Virus record (IMG/VR): IMGVR_UViG_3300021255_002129
Direction: 5' to 3' (one strand)
Length of the DNA stretch: 64,000 nucleotides
From: a virus
Lineage: Duplodnaviria > Heunggongvirae > Uroviricota > Caudoviricetes
Numbering within the stretch: the first letter of the stretch is position 1; every line of letters begins with the position of its first letter. Under the pieces are notes generated by a model. It saw only the letters and a list, made by a program, of their open reading frames with translations, had not been told where the DNA came from and searched no databases. Shown piece after piece: positions 12,667-25,110 of this stretch. The translations under genes and the position numbers were made by a program.

Positions 12667-13713
12667 CTAAATAGAACCAGTTGGCGCTACTTCTTTTGTT
12701 AAAGATGTATTTCTATATACACAAATGTTATTAGTGATTAATGCACCAACACCAAGTTTTCTATAAACTTGAATTTCTTTAGACCAATCATCGTTCTTTC
12801 TATCATCAACAAGTGTTTGTCCTTCGAAAGCGATTTTAACTGGTTTTTCATTTGATCCAGTTGGGATAATCCAAGCATAAGATGGGTCAATAACTTTAGT
12901 TGTATTAGTTTCATCAACTAATGATTGATTTAATACAATTACGTTATGTCCTTTATAATTTGCTAAATATCCATTATTCCATTTTTGGTCTTTCATAGCA
13001 TCTGAAACCCAACCTTCAGCTGGAACCATAGTTGCTGCAAATTCATAAGTACAATAAATAGTTGATTTTCCATAGCTATCAGCGATAGAAACTAATCTGT
13101 CCATTGCAGTTTCATTGAATCCTGCACCAACATATTTGTTATTAGGTGTGAAGCTTGTACTTTCAGTAGCTCCGATTAATGCTTTTTCGATTTCTAGATA
13201 GATAGCTTCATCTAATCCTTCCATAACGATTTCTACTAATGTGTTGAAATCTACTCTTCCATCTAAGAATTCTTCGATAGAGATTTGAGCAGCTCCACCA
13301 AAAGCAGTTGTTGGAACTTCATAAGCTTTTCCATCTAATTTAAATACTTCGTAAACACCAGCTAAACCAACTTTAGTGATGAATTGTTTAGCTCTTCTTC
13401 TTGAAGCTGCGCTTACTTTTTGTCTGAAGATAGCTTTGTCACCTTGAGCAACAGTAGTTATTTCAGCAAACATTCCATATTCTTCTAATACTCTTGTTGG
13501 TAAAATGTCATCAATAACATTTTCAACTAAAGCAAAGATTGTATGTTTATTTTGTTCATATAAATGATAATTACCTGCGATTGCTTTTAACTCACTTCTT
13601 AAAGTTTCATTAATTTCTGAAGCAGTGAAATTTTCTCCTTCAAAAGAATAAGTAGTAGAAGGTTTTGCAGTACTAGCAATCTTAGCTAATTTTGTTAAAT
13701 CTTTTAATTCCAT
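12667..13713 (-). CDS. Major capsid protein
   Basis: 348 aa; order portal-protease-decoration-capsid; followed by a hairpin terminator (about 12588-12634). Confidence 0.8.
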   Translation of the reverse strand: MELKDLTKLAKIASTAKPSTTYSFEGENFTASEINETLRSELKAIAGNYHLYEQNKHTIFALVENVIDDILPTRVLEEYGMFAEITTVAQGDKAIFRQKVSAASRRRAKQFITKVGLAGVYEVFKLDGKAYEVPTTAFGGAAQISIEEFLDGRVDFNTLVEIVMEGLDEAIYLEIEKALIGATESTSFTPNNKYVGAGFNETAMDRLVSIADSYGKSTIYCTYEFAATMVPAEGWVSDAMKDQKWNNGYLANYKGHNVIVLNQSLVDETNTTKVIDPSYAWIIPTGSNEKPVKIAFEGQTLVDDRKNDDWSKEIQVYRKLGVGALITNNICVYRNTSLTKEVAPTGSI

Positions 13714-13732
13714 AGTTCTTTTCCTCCTTAAA

Positions 13733-14260
13733 TTAATTTATTCTTTGAAGTTTAACACCTGGTTGTCCATCTGGCATAGTATATTCTTTAACTACTTTCC
13801 AAATCATACCTGTGCTAACCGCGTCATCCTTTACTAAGTATCCAGTAGCAGTATCAACTTTTAATTTGTCTCCTACTTTTAATTCAATTCCTGCATATTC
13901 AGCATCTTTAGATGTATTAGCTGCTCCTACGCAGTTTGTTGTATAAATATCTCCAACATTTGTTTTAAATAATCTTGGATAAATTTCTCCACCAACGTAG
14001 TTTTTCTTAATCATAGCAAAGTCTTTATATGTTTCTCTTTCATCATAAATTTTAACTTCGTTGAAAACTAACATATATTCACCATCACCAGTTAGATTAA
14101 CTTCGTTGTGTTCATAATCATATTTCATAAATTGTCCATTTTCAAGGATATTTATGTCGCTTTTTAATGGTAATTGAGCATAGATTTGTCTATTACCTTG
14201 AGCAGATAAATGATTAGGTTCAACTTGTCCAAAACCAATTCTTTTAATAGTTGTAGCCAT
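13733..14260 (-). CDS. Capsid decoration/cement protein
   Basis: Between scaffold and capsid genes; GFGQVEPN and TMPDGQPGVK motifs. Confidence 0.6.
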   Translation of the reverse strand: MATTIKRIGFGQVEPNHLSAQGNRQIYAQLPLKSDINILENGQFMKYDYEHNEVNLTGDGEYMLVFNEVKIYDERETYKDFAMIKKNYVGGEIYPRLFKTNVGDIYTTNCVGAANTSKDAEYAGIELKVGDKLKVDTATGYLVKDDAVSTGMIWKVVKEYTMPDGQPGVKLQRIN

Positions 14261-14283
14261 ATTCTATATCCTCCTTATTAAAA

Positions 14284-15684
14284 TTATTCCTTACTATCTC
14301 TAGTATTTTTTAATGCCTTTAACCATTCAGGCATAATAGCAGATCCTTCGTTATTTAAATTGTAAGTCATAACTTCATCTTCTACTGTATTTTCATTTTT
14401 ATCTGTATCCTCTGAATCAAAATTAACCTTTTTTCTAACACAAATTACAGATAATTTTGCTTCTATTTCATCTAGAGAATATTTTGATTTATTTTCAATA
14501 ACGTCCTTTTTATCTTCATCAGATAACATATAGAAACTATTGATTAAAGCGTCTTTCTTTTCGTTATCTACAGCTTCTTTAAATGTTACCAATTCTTGAT
14601 ATTTTGCTTCCATTTCCGCATAACTAGTTTTTAAAGTTTCTAGCTCTTGTTCTAATAAAGAATAATCTTTTTCTTTTTTATCTTCATCTTCTTCGCTATC
14701 GTCTTTCTTATCTGTGTCTTCAGCGCTTTCATCTTCATCTTTATCTTCTTCGGATTCTTCTTTATCATCTTTAGCAGCAGTATATTCTTCTTCTTGACTA
14801 GGTTGAGTAGCATCAATGGAATCATCAGTATCTTCTGTTGAAATAGTTTCTTCTTCTACAGCAGCTACTTCTTCTACTGTTTCTTCAACAGTTTCAGTTT
14901 CAGGAGCTTCTACAGTAGTTACTTCTTCTTCAATAGCAGTAGTAACTTCAGTTTCAACATTTTTATCTTCTAGTTCCATTTTGTATCCTCCTTTTAACGC
15001 ATGTTTTAGATCTTGCATCATAGTAAATAATGTCTTTTTAAAGTCATCATCCATTTTAGTGAATTGTTTGCTTACTTCTGGTGCGGTAATGCTTGAGCCT
15101 TCGAAGCAAGGTTCAACATCTTCACCTAAAATGCAAAGCTTTGAAAAAATTGCATCATTTATTATGAAAAAATCCATACCTGTATTATTGTTTGTTGACC
15201 AGCGTCCATCTAAAGTTTCTTCATCTAGTTCCATAGATTGAGGTCTTCCCTCTTCTATAGCTAGCTTAGCCTCTTCATATTGACCTGTCCAAAGATACCC
15301 AGTGGTCATAAGATACTCTCTAGTAACTTTATTTCCAAAATCATCAGTATCTTCAAATTTTTGAAACCATACTTTGGCATCAGGTGCAACGAAACCATAA
15401 GGTTTAGTTAAACACTCAAACTTAACGCCTTCATCATCAAAGATAATCTTTTCACCGTGGTCTCTAAAATCTTCTTTTTCATCTTTATAATATCCAACAA
15501 TAGGCGCTCCACGTAGAGTTTTTGCCATTTCTGTCGCAACCTCTTTAGTAATATAACTGTGGTTTCTATTTTCACCTAGATATAAAACTTTTATTTCACA
15601 GCTGCTCATTAGTGGGTTAATCTCTAAAGGTTGTAGATTAATAAACTCTGGAGAGTCTATAGTTGCTATTGATTGGTGCATCAT
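14284..15684 (-). CDS. Prohead protease/scaffold protein
   Basis: GENRNHS, QSMEL and LCILGEDVEPCFE protease-like N-terminus; acidic coiled-coil C-terminus. Confidence 0.75.
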   Translation of the reverse strand: MMHQSIATIDSPEFINLQPLEINPLMSSCEIKVLYLGENRNHSYITKEVATEMAKTLRGAPIVGYYKDEKEDFRDHGEKIIFDDEGVKFECLTKPYGFVAPDAKVWFQKFEDTDDFGNKVTREYLMTTGYLWTGQYEEAKLAIEEGRPQSMELDEETLDGRWSTNNNTGMDFFIINDAIFSKLCILGEDVEPCFEGSSITAPEVSKQFTKMDDDFKKTLFTMMQDLKHALKGGYKMELEDKNVETEVTTAIEEEVTTVEAPETETVEETVEEVAAVEEETISTEDTDDSIDATQPSQEEEYTAAKDDKEESEEDKDEDESAEDTDKKDDSEEDEDKKEKDYSLLEQELETLKTSYAEMEAKYQELVTFKEAVDNEKKDALINSFYMLSDEDKKDVIENKSKYSLDEIEAKLSVICVRKKVNFDSEDTDKNENTVEDEVMTYNLNNEGSAIMPEWLKALKNTRDSKE

Positions 15685-15770
15685 AACTATCTATTCCTTT
15701 CTTCTTATCTCCACTTATTTATATATAAATAAAGTGGGAAACAATTTTTCTTTTTTTGCCCTGATTTTTA

Positions 15771-17399
15771 TTAAGATTGACTTTCTTCATTTTGAATAGT
15801 CTTTTCAGATTTTTCATCATCAGATTTTTCAGGTCTTCCACCTTGACTATCAGAGCTATTTCCGCCATTAGTTTTATTTTCTTTATTTTGTTGATTTACT
15901 CTATTTAATACATCACTATTCATTGTACTAGACATCATAGGAGGTATAAATACATTAACTAAATCTAATATATCATTTTCAAAATATGCATTTGCAAGTA
16001 TTGTACTTTGAGCTTGACCCATTGCAATTTGTGGTAACATTTTACTGAAACCAACTTGCATTTGTTCTTTATATATTTTTGCCATATCTTGATAATTATA
16101 AATTGTTGTAGTAAGAATTTGCGCTCTATAATAATATTTTTTAGGTTTTTTGTTATATTTTTCAATAACATCATTTATAAAACCTTCAAATTGTAAAATT
16201 AAATTATACAATGATGCTTCATCATTTCGTATTGATTTTTCAAGAGCTATATTACCATCTGTATTGAATTGCATTTGAGAAATACCAGCTTCATTATAAA
16301 CTCCACGTTCCACTCTCTCCAAATCATCAGTAGTTGCAGTACTACGATTATCGCTCATATCCGCAACTTGAACCTCTGCAAACGTTGTTAATACATCTAT
16401 CCCTATAGCTTTTTTAAGCATAGCAACCGCATTATTATGTAATTGTTGTGCTTCATCTACATCGAATACTAAATCTCCATTTTTATCAACAGGCATCTTT
16501 TGAATAATAATTTTAAGTAATTCTTGAGCCATTTTCTTTTTATCTAAATCTTTTGCTTCATCTAAATCAATTAATGCAGGAATAACAGACATAAACATTG
16601 GTGCATCATCACCATTTATATTAAATTTAATTGTGGCATTTACGTCTAATAAATACCAACCTTCAGTATCTCCCGCAAATTGAGGCGGTAATTTTCCCTC
16701 TTTATATAAGATGTATCCTCTCTTAAATTCAGGAGGGAACAAGTTTAACATTTTAACCCTTTGAGTTGTGTCTTTAAACGCTAAGTCAAAATATCTCATA
16801 TTAAATTCTATTGCTGGACGTCCATTTACTGTAAATCTTGAACGGCAATAATTTACAGGTAATTCTTGAACAGTAATTCTTTTTGCAGTAGGCACTAAAT
16901 ACCCATAATAGCATCCATTCTTTATAACTTTTAATGCTATTTCTCCAAAAAGTTTTTTAAGTTCAGAATTATCTAAATATAATAAGATTTTATAGAAATC
17001 CGCTAAAGCAGTATCTTTATCTTTTTCACTAGCTACTTCATCATTAATATAAGGAGTAACCATCCAATCATATCTATACATATAAGCCATGTATTTACAT
17101 AATCTTGAATAAATACCACTTGTTTCAAAATAAAATTTTGATATTTCACGCATTTCCGCATAATCATTATCATATAGAGATTTAAGAATTAAATCTCTTC
17201 TAGTAAATCTTTTATCAACTTTCTGATAATTACCTAGATCTAAAATAGCATCTTCTAATGTTTTTGCTCCTACTTTAATTTTTGAAAAATCAACAGGAAC
17301 AAAACTATTTTGAGTTTCAGAATTACTGGTGCTATCAGCGAAAGACATTTTAAAGCCTTTCTTTTTTATTTCTTCTTTTCTATTAATCAAGATAGACAC
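15771..17399 (-). CDS. Portal protein
   Basis: 542 aa between terminase and protease; C-terminal GGRPEK tail typical of portals. Confidence 0.8.
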   Translation of the reverse strand: MSILINRKEEIKKKGFKMSFADSTSNSETQNSFVPVDFSKIKVGAKTLEDAILDLGNYQKVDKRFTRRDLILKSLYDNDYAEMREISKFYFETSGIYSRLCKYMAYMYRYDWMVTPYINDEVASEKDKDTALADFYKILLYLDNSELKKLFGEIALKVIKNGCYYGYLVPTAKRITVQELPVNYCRSRFTVNGRPAIEFNMRYFDLAFKDTTQRVKMLNLFPPEFKRGYILYKEGKLPPQFAGDTEGWYLLDVNATIKFNINGDDAPMFMSVIPALIDLDEAKDLDKKKMAQELLKIIIQKMPVDKNGDLVFDVDEAQQLHNNAVAMLKKAIGIDVLTTFAEVQVADMSDNRSTATTDDLERVERGVYNEAGISQMQFNTDGNIALEKSIRNDEASLYNLILQFEGFINDVIEKYNKKPKKYYYRAQILTTTIYNYQDMAKIYKEQMQVGFSKMLPQIAMGQAQSTILANAYFENDILDLVNVFIPPMMSSTMNSDVLNRVNQQNKENKTNGGNSSDSQGGRPEKSDDEKSEKTIQNEESQS

Positions 17400-17456
17400 C
17401 TCACTTTTCTTAATCTCTATTTTAGTATATCATAATTTTTAAACTCTGTCAAAAAT

Positions 17457-17837
17457 TTAATATCCACCTTTTGCATAATATAAATTCATAATATAATCGT
17501 AATCTATTCTACCTTCAACAGTATAAGGTATTTCTAATAATATAATTCCATGTTTTTGACAATATTCTTTTTTCTTCATATCATTGTATTGTTGTTTACG
17601 GAGTCCAGTATAGCCACCAAATTTACTTTTAGGAGAATAGTGTTGAATACCTTGATATTCTAATAAAAACATTAATTCATGTTCATCATCAAATACCGCA
17701 AAATCAAATCTTAACGGACGTCCGCTTGTGCTAACTAAATCTGGAAAAGAATACTCTTCTTCAAATACTAAGCCAGCCTCTTGAAGGACTTCTTCAATCT
17801 TAATTTCTCCTCTACTCGCTCTCATGTATACCTCCAT
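17457..17837 (-). CDS. PD-(D/E)XK / Vsr-like endonuclease
   Basis: GEIKIE..LRFDFAV..LEYQGIQHY..D..K..YC..LLEIPY motif series. Confidence 0.7.
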   Translation of the reverse strand: MEVYMRASRGEIKIEEVLQEAGLVFEEEYSFPDLVSTSGRPLRFDFAVFDDEHELMFLLEYQGIQHYSPKSKFGGYTGLRKQQYNDMKKKEYCQKHGIILLEIPYTVEGRIDYDYIMNLYYAKGGY

Positions 17838-17925
17838 TTCGCAGATATGATAGACATACTAAAATATTTCTATATTTATATTAATATTCCAGTATCTCAA
17901 TCAGTTAATTTTGTCCAAAGTCTTT

Positions 17926-19677
17926 TTAACTTCCTGAGTAAAATACCATTTCCGCAATATTTCTTTTCTTTCTTTTCTTTTTTCTATCTTCTTCTTGTTT
18001 TACATAATACATTCCATATTCAAAAGCAGAAAATTTATCTTTTTTAATTCCTTTATTAGATTGTTTTAAAATAATATTTGTACCTTCATTCTCTTCCACT
18101 AAATTTAACATTTGGTCTTTTAAAATAGTGGTTTGAGTAAAAGGCATAAGCTCTTCTGCTCTTTTATCAGGCGTCATATTTTGTCCTACTTTTGTAGACA
18201 TTAATTTAGTTTTAGCTTGATTTTCATCAATTAAAAATCTAACTTTACCACTATACATTTGAGTTTGAACATAAGTATGAGCTTCAGTATTAATGGCTGC
18301 ATTTGCTTTAATTAAATACATAGCATCATTTTCAACATCAGGACCTTTTATCTTTTTATAAGGCTCTGTAATATCTTCTGATGTTCCACCTGAAACACCA
18401 AAAGCAGGCAAAGCATCTCCAGTTTCTGGGTCTATTTGAACTTTTGTCATAAAATCAATTAAACCAGCACCTAAACCATTAGCATCTATTGCAACTTGTC
18501 TTGCTTTATATTTATAAAATAATCTTTTTATATTAATTGCTTGAACCTCAAAATCTTCAGCCTCATAAGGATATATATTAACAATAGCCTTAAGTGCTGG
18601 ACCTTGAACTTGAGGAGTAACTTTAATTACAACAATTTCGGTAGTACACTTAAAACGTCCAACATCGACTCCAAGCACATAATATTGTGCTTTACTGTTG
18701 CGGCCGCTAGCCTCCCTCTCAGGTTGAAGTAATACACGATGTTGATCAAACTTCTCTGCAGAGAAAAACGCATTTTCCGCATCTCCGCTCCATTCAGATT
18801 CATATTCTCTTGAAAATGAAGCATCATTATAAGTACCATCTAATTTTAATCCTTGAATAAAGTTTTTAGGTTGTAATCCTTCCATAACTGGAATTCTTCA
18901 AGTTCCTCCAAGCATTATAGCTTCTTCAGGATGAATGATTTGTTGTATTAAAATTTGAATTAACTTATCATAAGAGAATGAATTTTTCCAACCCGCAGTA
19001 GTAACATAAATTTGAGATTTGTTTGCAACTTCTTCTTCATGTCTTGAACCGTCTGCAAGACGTCTATCTACAACCATGGTTGGGATAATAACTTCATTTA
19101 ATTGTTGTTGGTCAATCAAAATAACCTCTTCCATTAAACCACCAGTAGCACGTTTACCACGGGAGCTTTGTTGTGCAGCCATAATATCTAACTTACTACC
19201 ATTTTTAAATACATAAGTTACCTCATTTTTTGATGCTTTTGATGCCCCTCTTGACCAATCTATTTCATTTTTAAGACCTGGAATAAGTTTAACTAATTCC
19301 TCAGCTTTTTCACGCGCGATACCTGCCGCTTGTTCCTTACCACCAGTAGTAACAAAGAAATGCGCTCCAGGATATAACACACAACGCAACATTAAAACTA
19401 AAACAGCTAAAAATGATTTAGAATAACCACGAGGAAATGTTGCATAAGCATATTTATGACGCATTACCGCCCTTAAAAATATTCTTTGATAAAAATATAA
19501 TTGAAAATTTTCAGGGTTACTTCCGCATAAAAATTCAATAAACATATCTGGATATTCACGCCAATAAGCAACATATTGTCTAATAATAGGAATTTGACTT
19601 TTGATACGTTCTTCTGATAAACCTATTTTACCATTGGTTCTTGAAGAAGATAGTTCTAATAAATTTGCTAAAGCCAT
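17926..19677 (-). CDS. terL: Terminase large subunit (583 aa, code 4)
   Basis: ATPase half (RGYSKS, GKRATG..MEE, VTTAG) and nuclease half (LGVDVGR, IDANGLG, KDKFSA) fused in frame through TGA at 18898 (LGGT-W-RIPV). Confidence 0.92.
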
Positions 19678-20858
19678 TATTCATCACCTAATTCTTCTTC
19701 ATCTAATTGTTTTTGTTTCTCAATAGCATTATGATATTCTTCAAAGTCGTTATCATCTAATTCCACGTCTTGATCAAAACTCTCTTCCATTTCTTTTTGA
19801 ATTTGAATTTTCTTTAAAGCATCTTCAATTTGTTGACCAAAACCTAAATCTTGAGTAACAAGTTTTTTAACATAATCATTCATATCTTTTAAAGTGGCAT
19901 CTACTTTATCTTGAGGAACATCAGTTACATATCGAGGTATAAAACCGTCTTTCTCACACATAGCAATTAGTTCGCCAACAGAATCAACATATTCGTCTTT
20001 ATCATCCTTATTTTGTGCAGCAGTAAATTTAGCAGATTTTCTTAATTCATTATAAACCTTTGAGAACTTTTGAAATCCTTCCACATCACCGCTATCTATT
20101 GCCTGATTCATTTTTAAATAAGTTTTACAAATTGTAATTAATGTATTTTTTGTATCCGCATCTTGAATGTCAAAAGATTCCATCATTTCTTTATAAACTT
20201 TCTCTAATTCAACTCATTCCGCAGGTTTATATAATCTTCCTCACTTCATAGCAAGATATTTTTTATCATCTTCAGTAAGCTCTTCTCCTAAATCAACTAA
20301 ATCATCTTCAGATATAAAACCACTACCATCTCCAAAAGGATTGTCAACAGCATTAGTAACAATAGGTTGAGCATATAATTGTTCTTGGTTTTGAGTAGAA
20401 GTACTTACTAATGTTCTGTATTGAGCTTCAGTAATTTCTCCGCTATCTAATTGTTCTTTTAAATGTTCTTCATATTTTTCTCTTTCCACTTCGATAGCTT
20501 TCTTTTTTTCTGCGTTTATTGCTTGCAACTTCTCTGAATCTTCCCATCCATAAGGTTTTCATTGTTTTAATTTCATTTTAGATAAATATTTTCCAAATAC
20601 AGACATTCCATCTAATGCTTTTCCTTTTTGTCTTGCATTTTCAAAAGCTCTATCTCTTAAAACATTTCATTCTTCAGGAATATAAGGCAAATCCATATCT
20701 TTTAAAATTCATAAAAAAGTTTCAGGTTCATAGTTATTAATATGCATAGTTAAGCATTTTTTACATAAATCCATACGAGTTCCATTTTTACGAAGATAAA
20801 ATTGCGCTTCTTCATCCATTACCTTACCGCATTTTTGACACGCTTTTAAATTACCCAT
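19677..20858 (-). CDS. Zn-finger protein upstream of terL, possible terminase small subunit (393 aa, code 4)
   Basis: ATG at 20858, CQKC...CKKC motifs; five in-frame TGA (20709, 20667, 20559, 20241, 20214) link track ORFs 20241-20528 and 19677-20186. Confidence 0.7.
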
Positions 20859-20878
20859 TCAATTCAACTCCTTTCTTA

Positions 20879-22000
20879 TTATTTAACTTCTTTAGTCTTT
20901 TTATTTCTACATTGTTTACAAATAGAATAAAATCCATCTTTTGAAGTATTATTTTTTGAAAAAAATCTATTGTGAGCTAATTTAACTTCACCACATCTTG
21001 AACATCTTTTTCATTTACCATATTCTTTATAAGTATAATATCACATTAAATAATCTTCTTTAGCCTTTTCCGCAATCATTTTAGGTATTTTATTACGCCA
21101 TAAAGAAGATAAATATTCAACTGTATAAGTAATACCAAATTCATCATTTAATAATTCTTGTATTTCCGCATTTGATTTACCATCAATTTTATAAATTAAT
21201 AATTTATAATATAGCGGATATTCATCTTTTAAAGCTGCATCTACTAAATTATCTAAATCCTCCATTAAATACCAAAAATCCCAAGAAAATTTTCCTCAAC
21301 AATCTTGTTTTAAAGCAGAATAATTACAAAGTAATGCACAAACATGAGTTGGATTAAAAAAACTAACTGCGCAATCGCTTATAGGTTCTCCTTTTTCATC
21401 TATTGTAATATGTTCATTTAAACTAATTTTTGTTAAGTTTTTTATAGCTGCTCCTGAACTTGTCATAGTAGGTTTATAAGAGTCTTTAATTATATATTGC
21501 TCTTGATGCATTTCTATTAACCATTTTTTTAATTTGTATCTTTTTTTACCAGTAGCTTTCTTTTCCATTTCTTCTACTATTTTTATAGCTTCTTTTAAAT
21601 CTCTTAACGCTTTTATTTCTTCTAAATCTTTATCAGTAATTTCTTTCTTATGAGTTAATAATACATTTTTATCATTATCAATAGCCATACGCCATAAACC
21701 ATCTTCGCCATTTTCTAATGATTCAACAATGCGTTGCATAGATGTCTCTCTTTTGTTGACTGTCACCATTCTATTTTCAGTTAAGATCAACTTCTCTTTC
21801 TTTTCTTCGGGAGTCATTGCGGAAACAATATAATTTGATAATATTTCTATATATTTTTCATTTTTTAATTGTTCTTTTGTTAAAGTAGGTAATAATTCAT
21901 CAACAAATTTAGTACGCTCTTTCGCAGTTTTTAATGAATAATCTAATTTTCTATGTTGTATTACCTCTTCTTCTTGTAATTCTGTTTCCGTAAGAATCAT
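20879..22000 (-). CDS. DNA-binding protein with HTH-like segment and C-terminal CxxC...CxxC (373 aa, code 4)
   Basis: ORFs 21296-22000 and 21041-21265 joined by TGA; continues through TGA at 21041 and 21011 to CSRC...CKQC and TAA. Confidence 0.7.
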
Positions 22001-22142
22001 CTCCTTTCTTGATCTTCTCTAACTATATTCTACCATAAAAATTTCGTTTTGTCAAGTTTGTTTAAAGGTATGATTTGATTTTAATTAAAAAATATAATAT
22101 AATATTTATATAAAGAAAAATAAATGAAAAGAAGGTGTCTTT

Positions 22143-22412
22143 ATGGATAAAGTAAATTATTATCAAGTTATAGAAGGAAATGAAATGTATTATCCATGGT
22201 ATGTTCACAAATTAGAAAATGATATAAAAGTATTGAGAAAAATACTAGAATGAGCAGATGAATGCGATGCTTTTGATACTATTAATGAATGAAATGAAAA
22301 TCCAAATTGGTATGATTTAGAAGAAGAAATGGAAAATAAAAATTGATTAGATTGCATAATTCTTTATGCAGAAAGGTGGATGGATAAAAATGAGCCAGGT
22401 TGAAGATCGTAG
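22143..22412 (+). CDS. Small hypothetical protein (89 aa, code 4 only)
   Basis: ATG after a GAAGGTG RBS and a TTGATT..TATAAT promoter; four in-frame TGA; ends TAG. Confidence 0.6.
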
Positions 22413-23391
22413 AGTGGCTATTTCCGCAAGAGTAAAAGAACATTATGATTATTTGGTTGCCGCAGGATATGATGTAGTATTTACCGCATTGCAAGGAAGC
22501 CAAAATTATGGATTAGATGAATATAGTGATGACTATTGTTCAGATGTAGATACTAAAAGCATTGTTTTACCATGCTTAGATGATTTTATTAGAGCTAAAC
22601 AACCCATTTCCGCAGTAGAAATTTTGGAAAATGATGAACATGCTGAAGTTAAGGATATCCGCGTAATGTTTGAAATGTTTAAAAAAGAAAACATTAGTTA
22701 CATTGAGCTGTTGTATAGTGATTACATTATATTTAATCCTAAATATGAAGCATTAATCAAACCAATTTTCGAACGCCGCGATGAAATCGCTACCGCAGAC
22801 ACCGCACAATTTTTAAAATGTATCGCGGGAATGGCTTATGAAAAAGATAAAGCACTTTGTCACCCTTATCCTGGGATTATTGAGAAGATTGAAAAATATG
22901 GGTATGATGGAAAACAATTAAGTCATTGCCGTAGACTATATTATTTTATGCAAGATTTTGCAGAAGGGAAGCCCATTGCCGCATGCTATAAACCAAGCGA
23001 TGACCGCAAAGAAATTTTAATGAATTATAAGAAACAATTGACTGGCGCAGGAACTCCAATGTCTGTAGATATGGCTGTTTATTTTAGTAAAACATTAGTA
23101 GAAAAAATAAAAAAATTAAAAGATAAATTAATTGAGGATGGCGATTACGGAGTTAATGACGCAGCCGCGTTATTTTTAGATGAAATTAAGGCTAAGATAC
23201 TAAAGTTTAAAATCACAAAAGAAGTGATTATGGAAAAGTATAATGAATTTCAACAATTATGTGAAGATATGGTTTATCCAGATGAAGATTTTAAAAAGGC
23301 GGAGATGGCAGCTATTGAAAAATTAAAGGTGCAACCGCAAGATAATTTTTTTGATTATTATAAGGAGGATGAAGATGAGACGAAGAGTTAG
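22390..23391 (+). CDS. Pol-beta-superfamily nucleotidyltransferase (RlaP/YcgL-like)
   Basis: GSQNYGLD...SDVD motif and downstream YDGKQLSH..R. Confidence 0.75.
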   Translation: MSQVEDRRVAISARVKEHYDYLVAAGYDVVFTALQGSQNYGLDEYSDDYCSDVDTKSIVLPCLDDFIRAKQPISAVEILENDEHAEVKDIRVMFEMFKKENISYIELLYSDYIIFNPKYEALIKPIFERRDEIATADTAQFLKCIAGMAYEKDKALCHPYPGIIEKIEKYGYDGKQLSHCRRLYYFMQDFAEGKPIAACYKPSDDRKEILMNYKKQLTGAGTPMSVDMAVYFSKTLVEKIKKLKDKLIEDGDYGVNDAAALFLDEIKAKILKFKITKEVIMEKYNEFQQLCEDMVYPDEDFKKAEMAAIEKLKVQPQDNFFDYYKEDEDETKS

Positions 23392-23523
23392 AATGCCAAA
23401 AAGCTTATTACCTAAGCCAAGTAAAATAATTAAAAGAGGTATTTATGAAATGGTAAGTGCGGCGACTGGTGGAAATACTAAACCGCGCAATTATGGAAAA
23501 AGAGTAGAAAAGGGGAGGTATTA

Positions 23524-23727
23524 ATGTTTGAGCTTTGGGCAAGAAGAAGGATAATAAATGGAGTCGGTAGTCCTTATGAATTTATATTTAGTTTTAATGA
23601 TGAAAGTTATAAATATACTGCTTTAGATATGTTAGATAGAGATATATATCAGGAAGCAATGATAGTAAGGGGAAATGACTGTATAATGTATGTAGAATTA
23701 GAAAAACCATATACAAAAAGAAGGTAA
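23524..23727 (+). CDS. Small hypothetical protein
   Basis: GGGGAGG RBS before the ATG. Confidence 0.6.
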   Translation: MFELWARRRIINGVGSPYEFIFSFNDESYKYTALDMLDRDIYQEAMIVRGNDCIMYVELEKPYTKRR

Positions 23728-24606
23728 AAAATGTACGAATTATTAATAAAGCTATATTATGAATTAGATTATAAAAAGTTTACATTGGAAGATTTAAAAG
23801 AAATAAAAGAAATATTAAATCAATTTAATGGAAGAGTGGAAGAAGTTAAATTAAAAAAGATAAAAGATGATATTAAAAAATAAATAGATTTTAAAATAAA
23901 AAAATATTTGGAGGTTGAGTGGTCGTGGCAAAACTTTTTTTCAAAATCAAATTAAAATTTTTCACAAAACACAACCCCCACCTAATCAATTTCTAAAAGT
24001 ATGTGTGTACCTTCAGCAAGGTCCTATTTGGCGGGTCGCAAACAAGCGATGCGATCCGAATTTTACACAAACTTTACACTTTAAAAATTTTTTATTTGAC
24101 ATTTGAACTTTACATTTACTTTACACTTTCACAAAACTATTTTTACGTTTATTCGATAAAGAGTAAAAAAAATAGCAAAGCGAACATTTGTTCTATTTTT
24201 ATTCGCAATACATAAAAAATAAAAAAGTTAAAAAAATAAAATAAAGTATTGACTTTCTTTTGTTACTATGCTATAATAATATTGTAATAAAGGAAAGGTG
24301 GTAAATAATTATGAAATACGAAGTTAGATTAGGAAACAACTATTTAAATAGATTTAAAACTTATTCAGAGGCTTGTGAATTAAGAGACCAAATTTTAAGA
24401 AGATTTCCAAAAGCAAAAGTTGAAATAATAACACTTTAAAAATTATTATTTCTTTGCTTTTACAAAGGGTTTAGACTAGCAAGCAATAAAGCTTTTAAGA
24501 AAAAATTTTTGAATAAAAAATAAATTAAAAAAGAATAAAAAACTATTGACAAATAATTAGTTAAATGATATAATAATAATGTAATAAAGAAAGAGAGTTG
24601 AAAGTT

Positions 24607-25110
24607 ATGATTAATTTATTCTTAGATTTAGATGGAACACTAGCAAAGTTCAATAGTAAAAGAAACGCTTTAAAAAGATTTGATAATGAAATTGGTTTCT
24701 TTGCAAATTTAAAACCTTATAAATACATTGAATTTGTTAATGAATTAGCAAACAATAAAAATATTAATGTGTATGTTATTAGTGCAACACCTAACGACCA
24801 AGCAGACCAAGATAAACTTGTTTGGATAGAAAAGTATTTAAATAACATTAAGAAAGAAAACATTTGTTTTTCTAGAATTGGAGAAAACAAAGCAAAAGTT
24901 ATTAAAGATAAATTAAACATTACAATAGACAATAATTGTTTATTATTAGATGATTACACAAAGAACTTAATTGAATGGCAAAATCTTAATGGAATTGGAA
25001 TTAAAAGAATAACTTCAAAAGCAGACAATTCAAGAGGTCTTTGGAAAGGTTATTGTTTAAAAGATTTAAGACAACTTTCAATTCTTATCAATTCAATAGT
25101 AAATGCTTAA
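24607..25110 (+). CDS. HAD-family 5'(3')-deoxyribonucleotidase-like protein
   Basis: FLDLDGTL, ISATP, K, LLDDY..NL..W motifs. Confidence 0.8.
   Translation: MINLFLDLDGTLAKFNSKRNALKRFDNEIGFFANLKPYKYIEFVNELANNKNINVYVISATPNDQADQDKLVWIEKYLNNIKKENICFSRIGENKAKVIKDKLNITIDNNCLLLDDYTKNLIEWQNLNGIGIKRITSKADNSRGLWKGYCLKDLRQLSILINSIVNA

Noticed and set aside
626..21357. Plus-strand short ORFs opposite the structural genes (e.g. 626-835, 8402-8770, 14816-15241)
   Set aside because: Antisense shadows of long minus-strand genes, with no RBS and low-complexity translations
110..22000. Fragmented ORFs read as pseudogenes or a decayed prophage
   Set aside because: All breaks are in-frame TGA with no frameshifts, which code 4 explains
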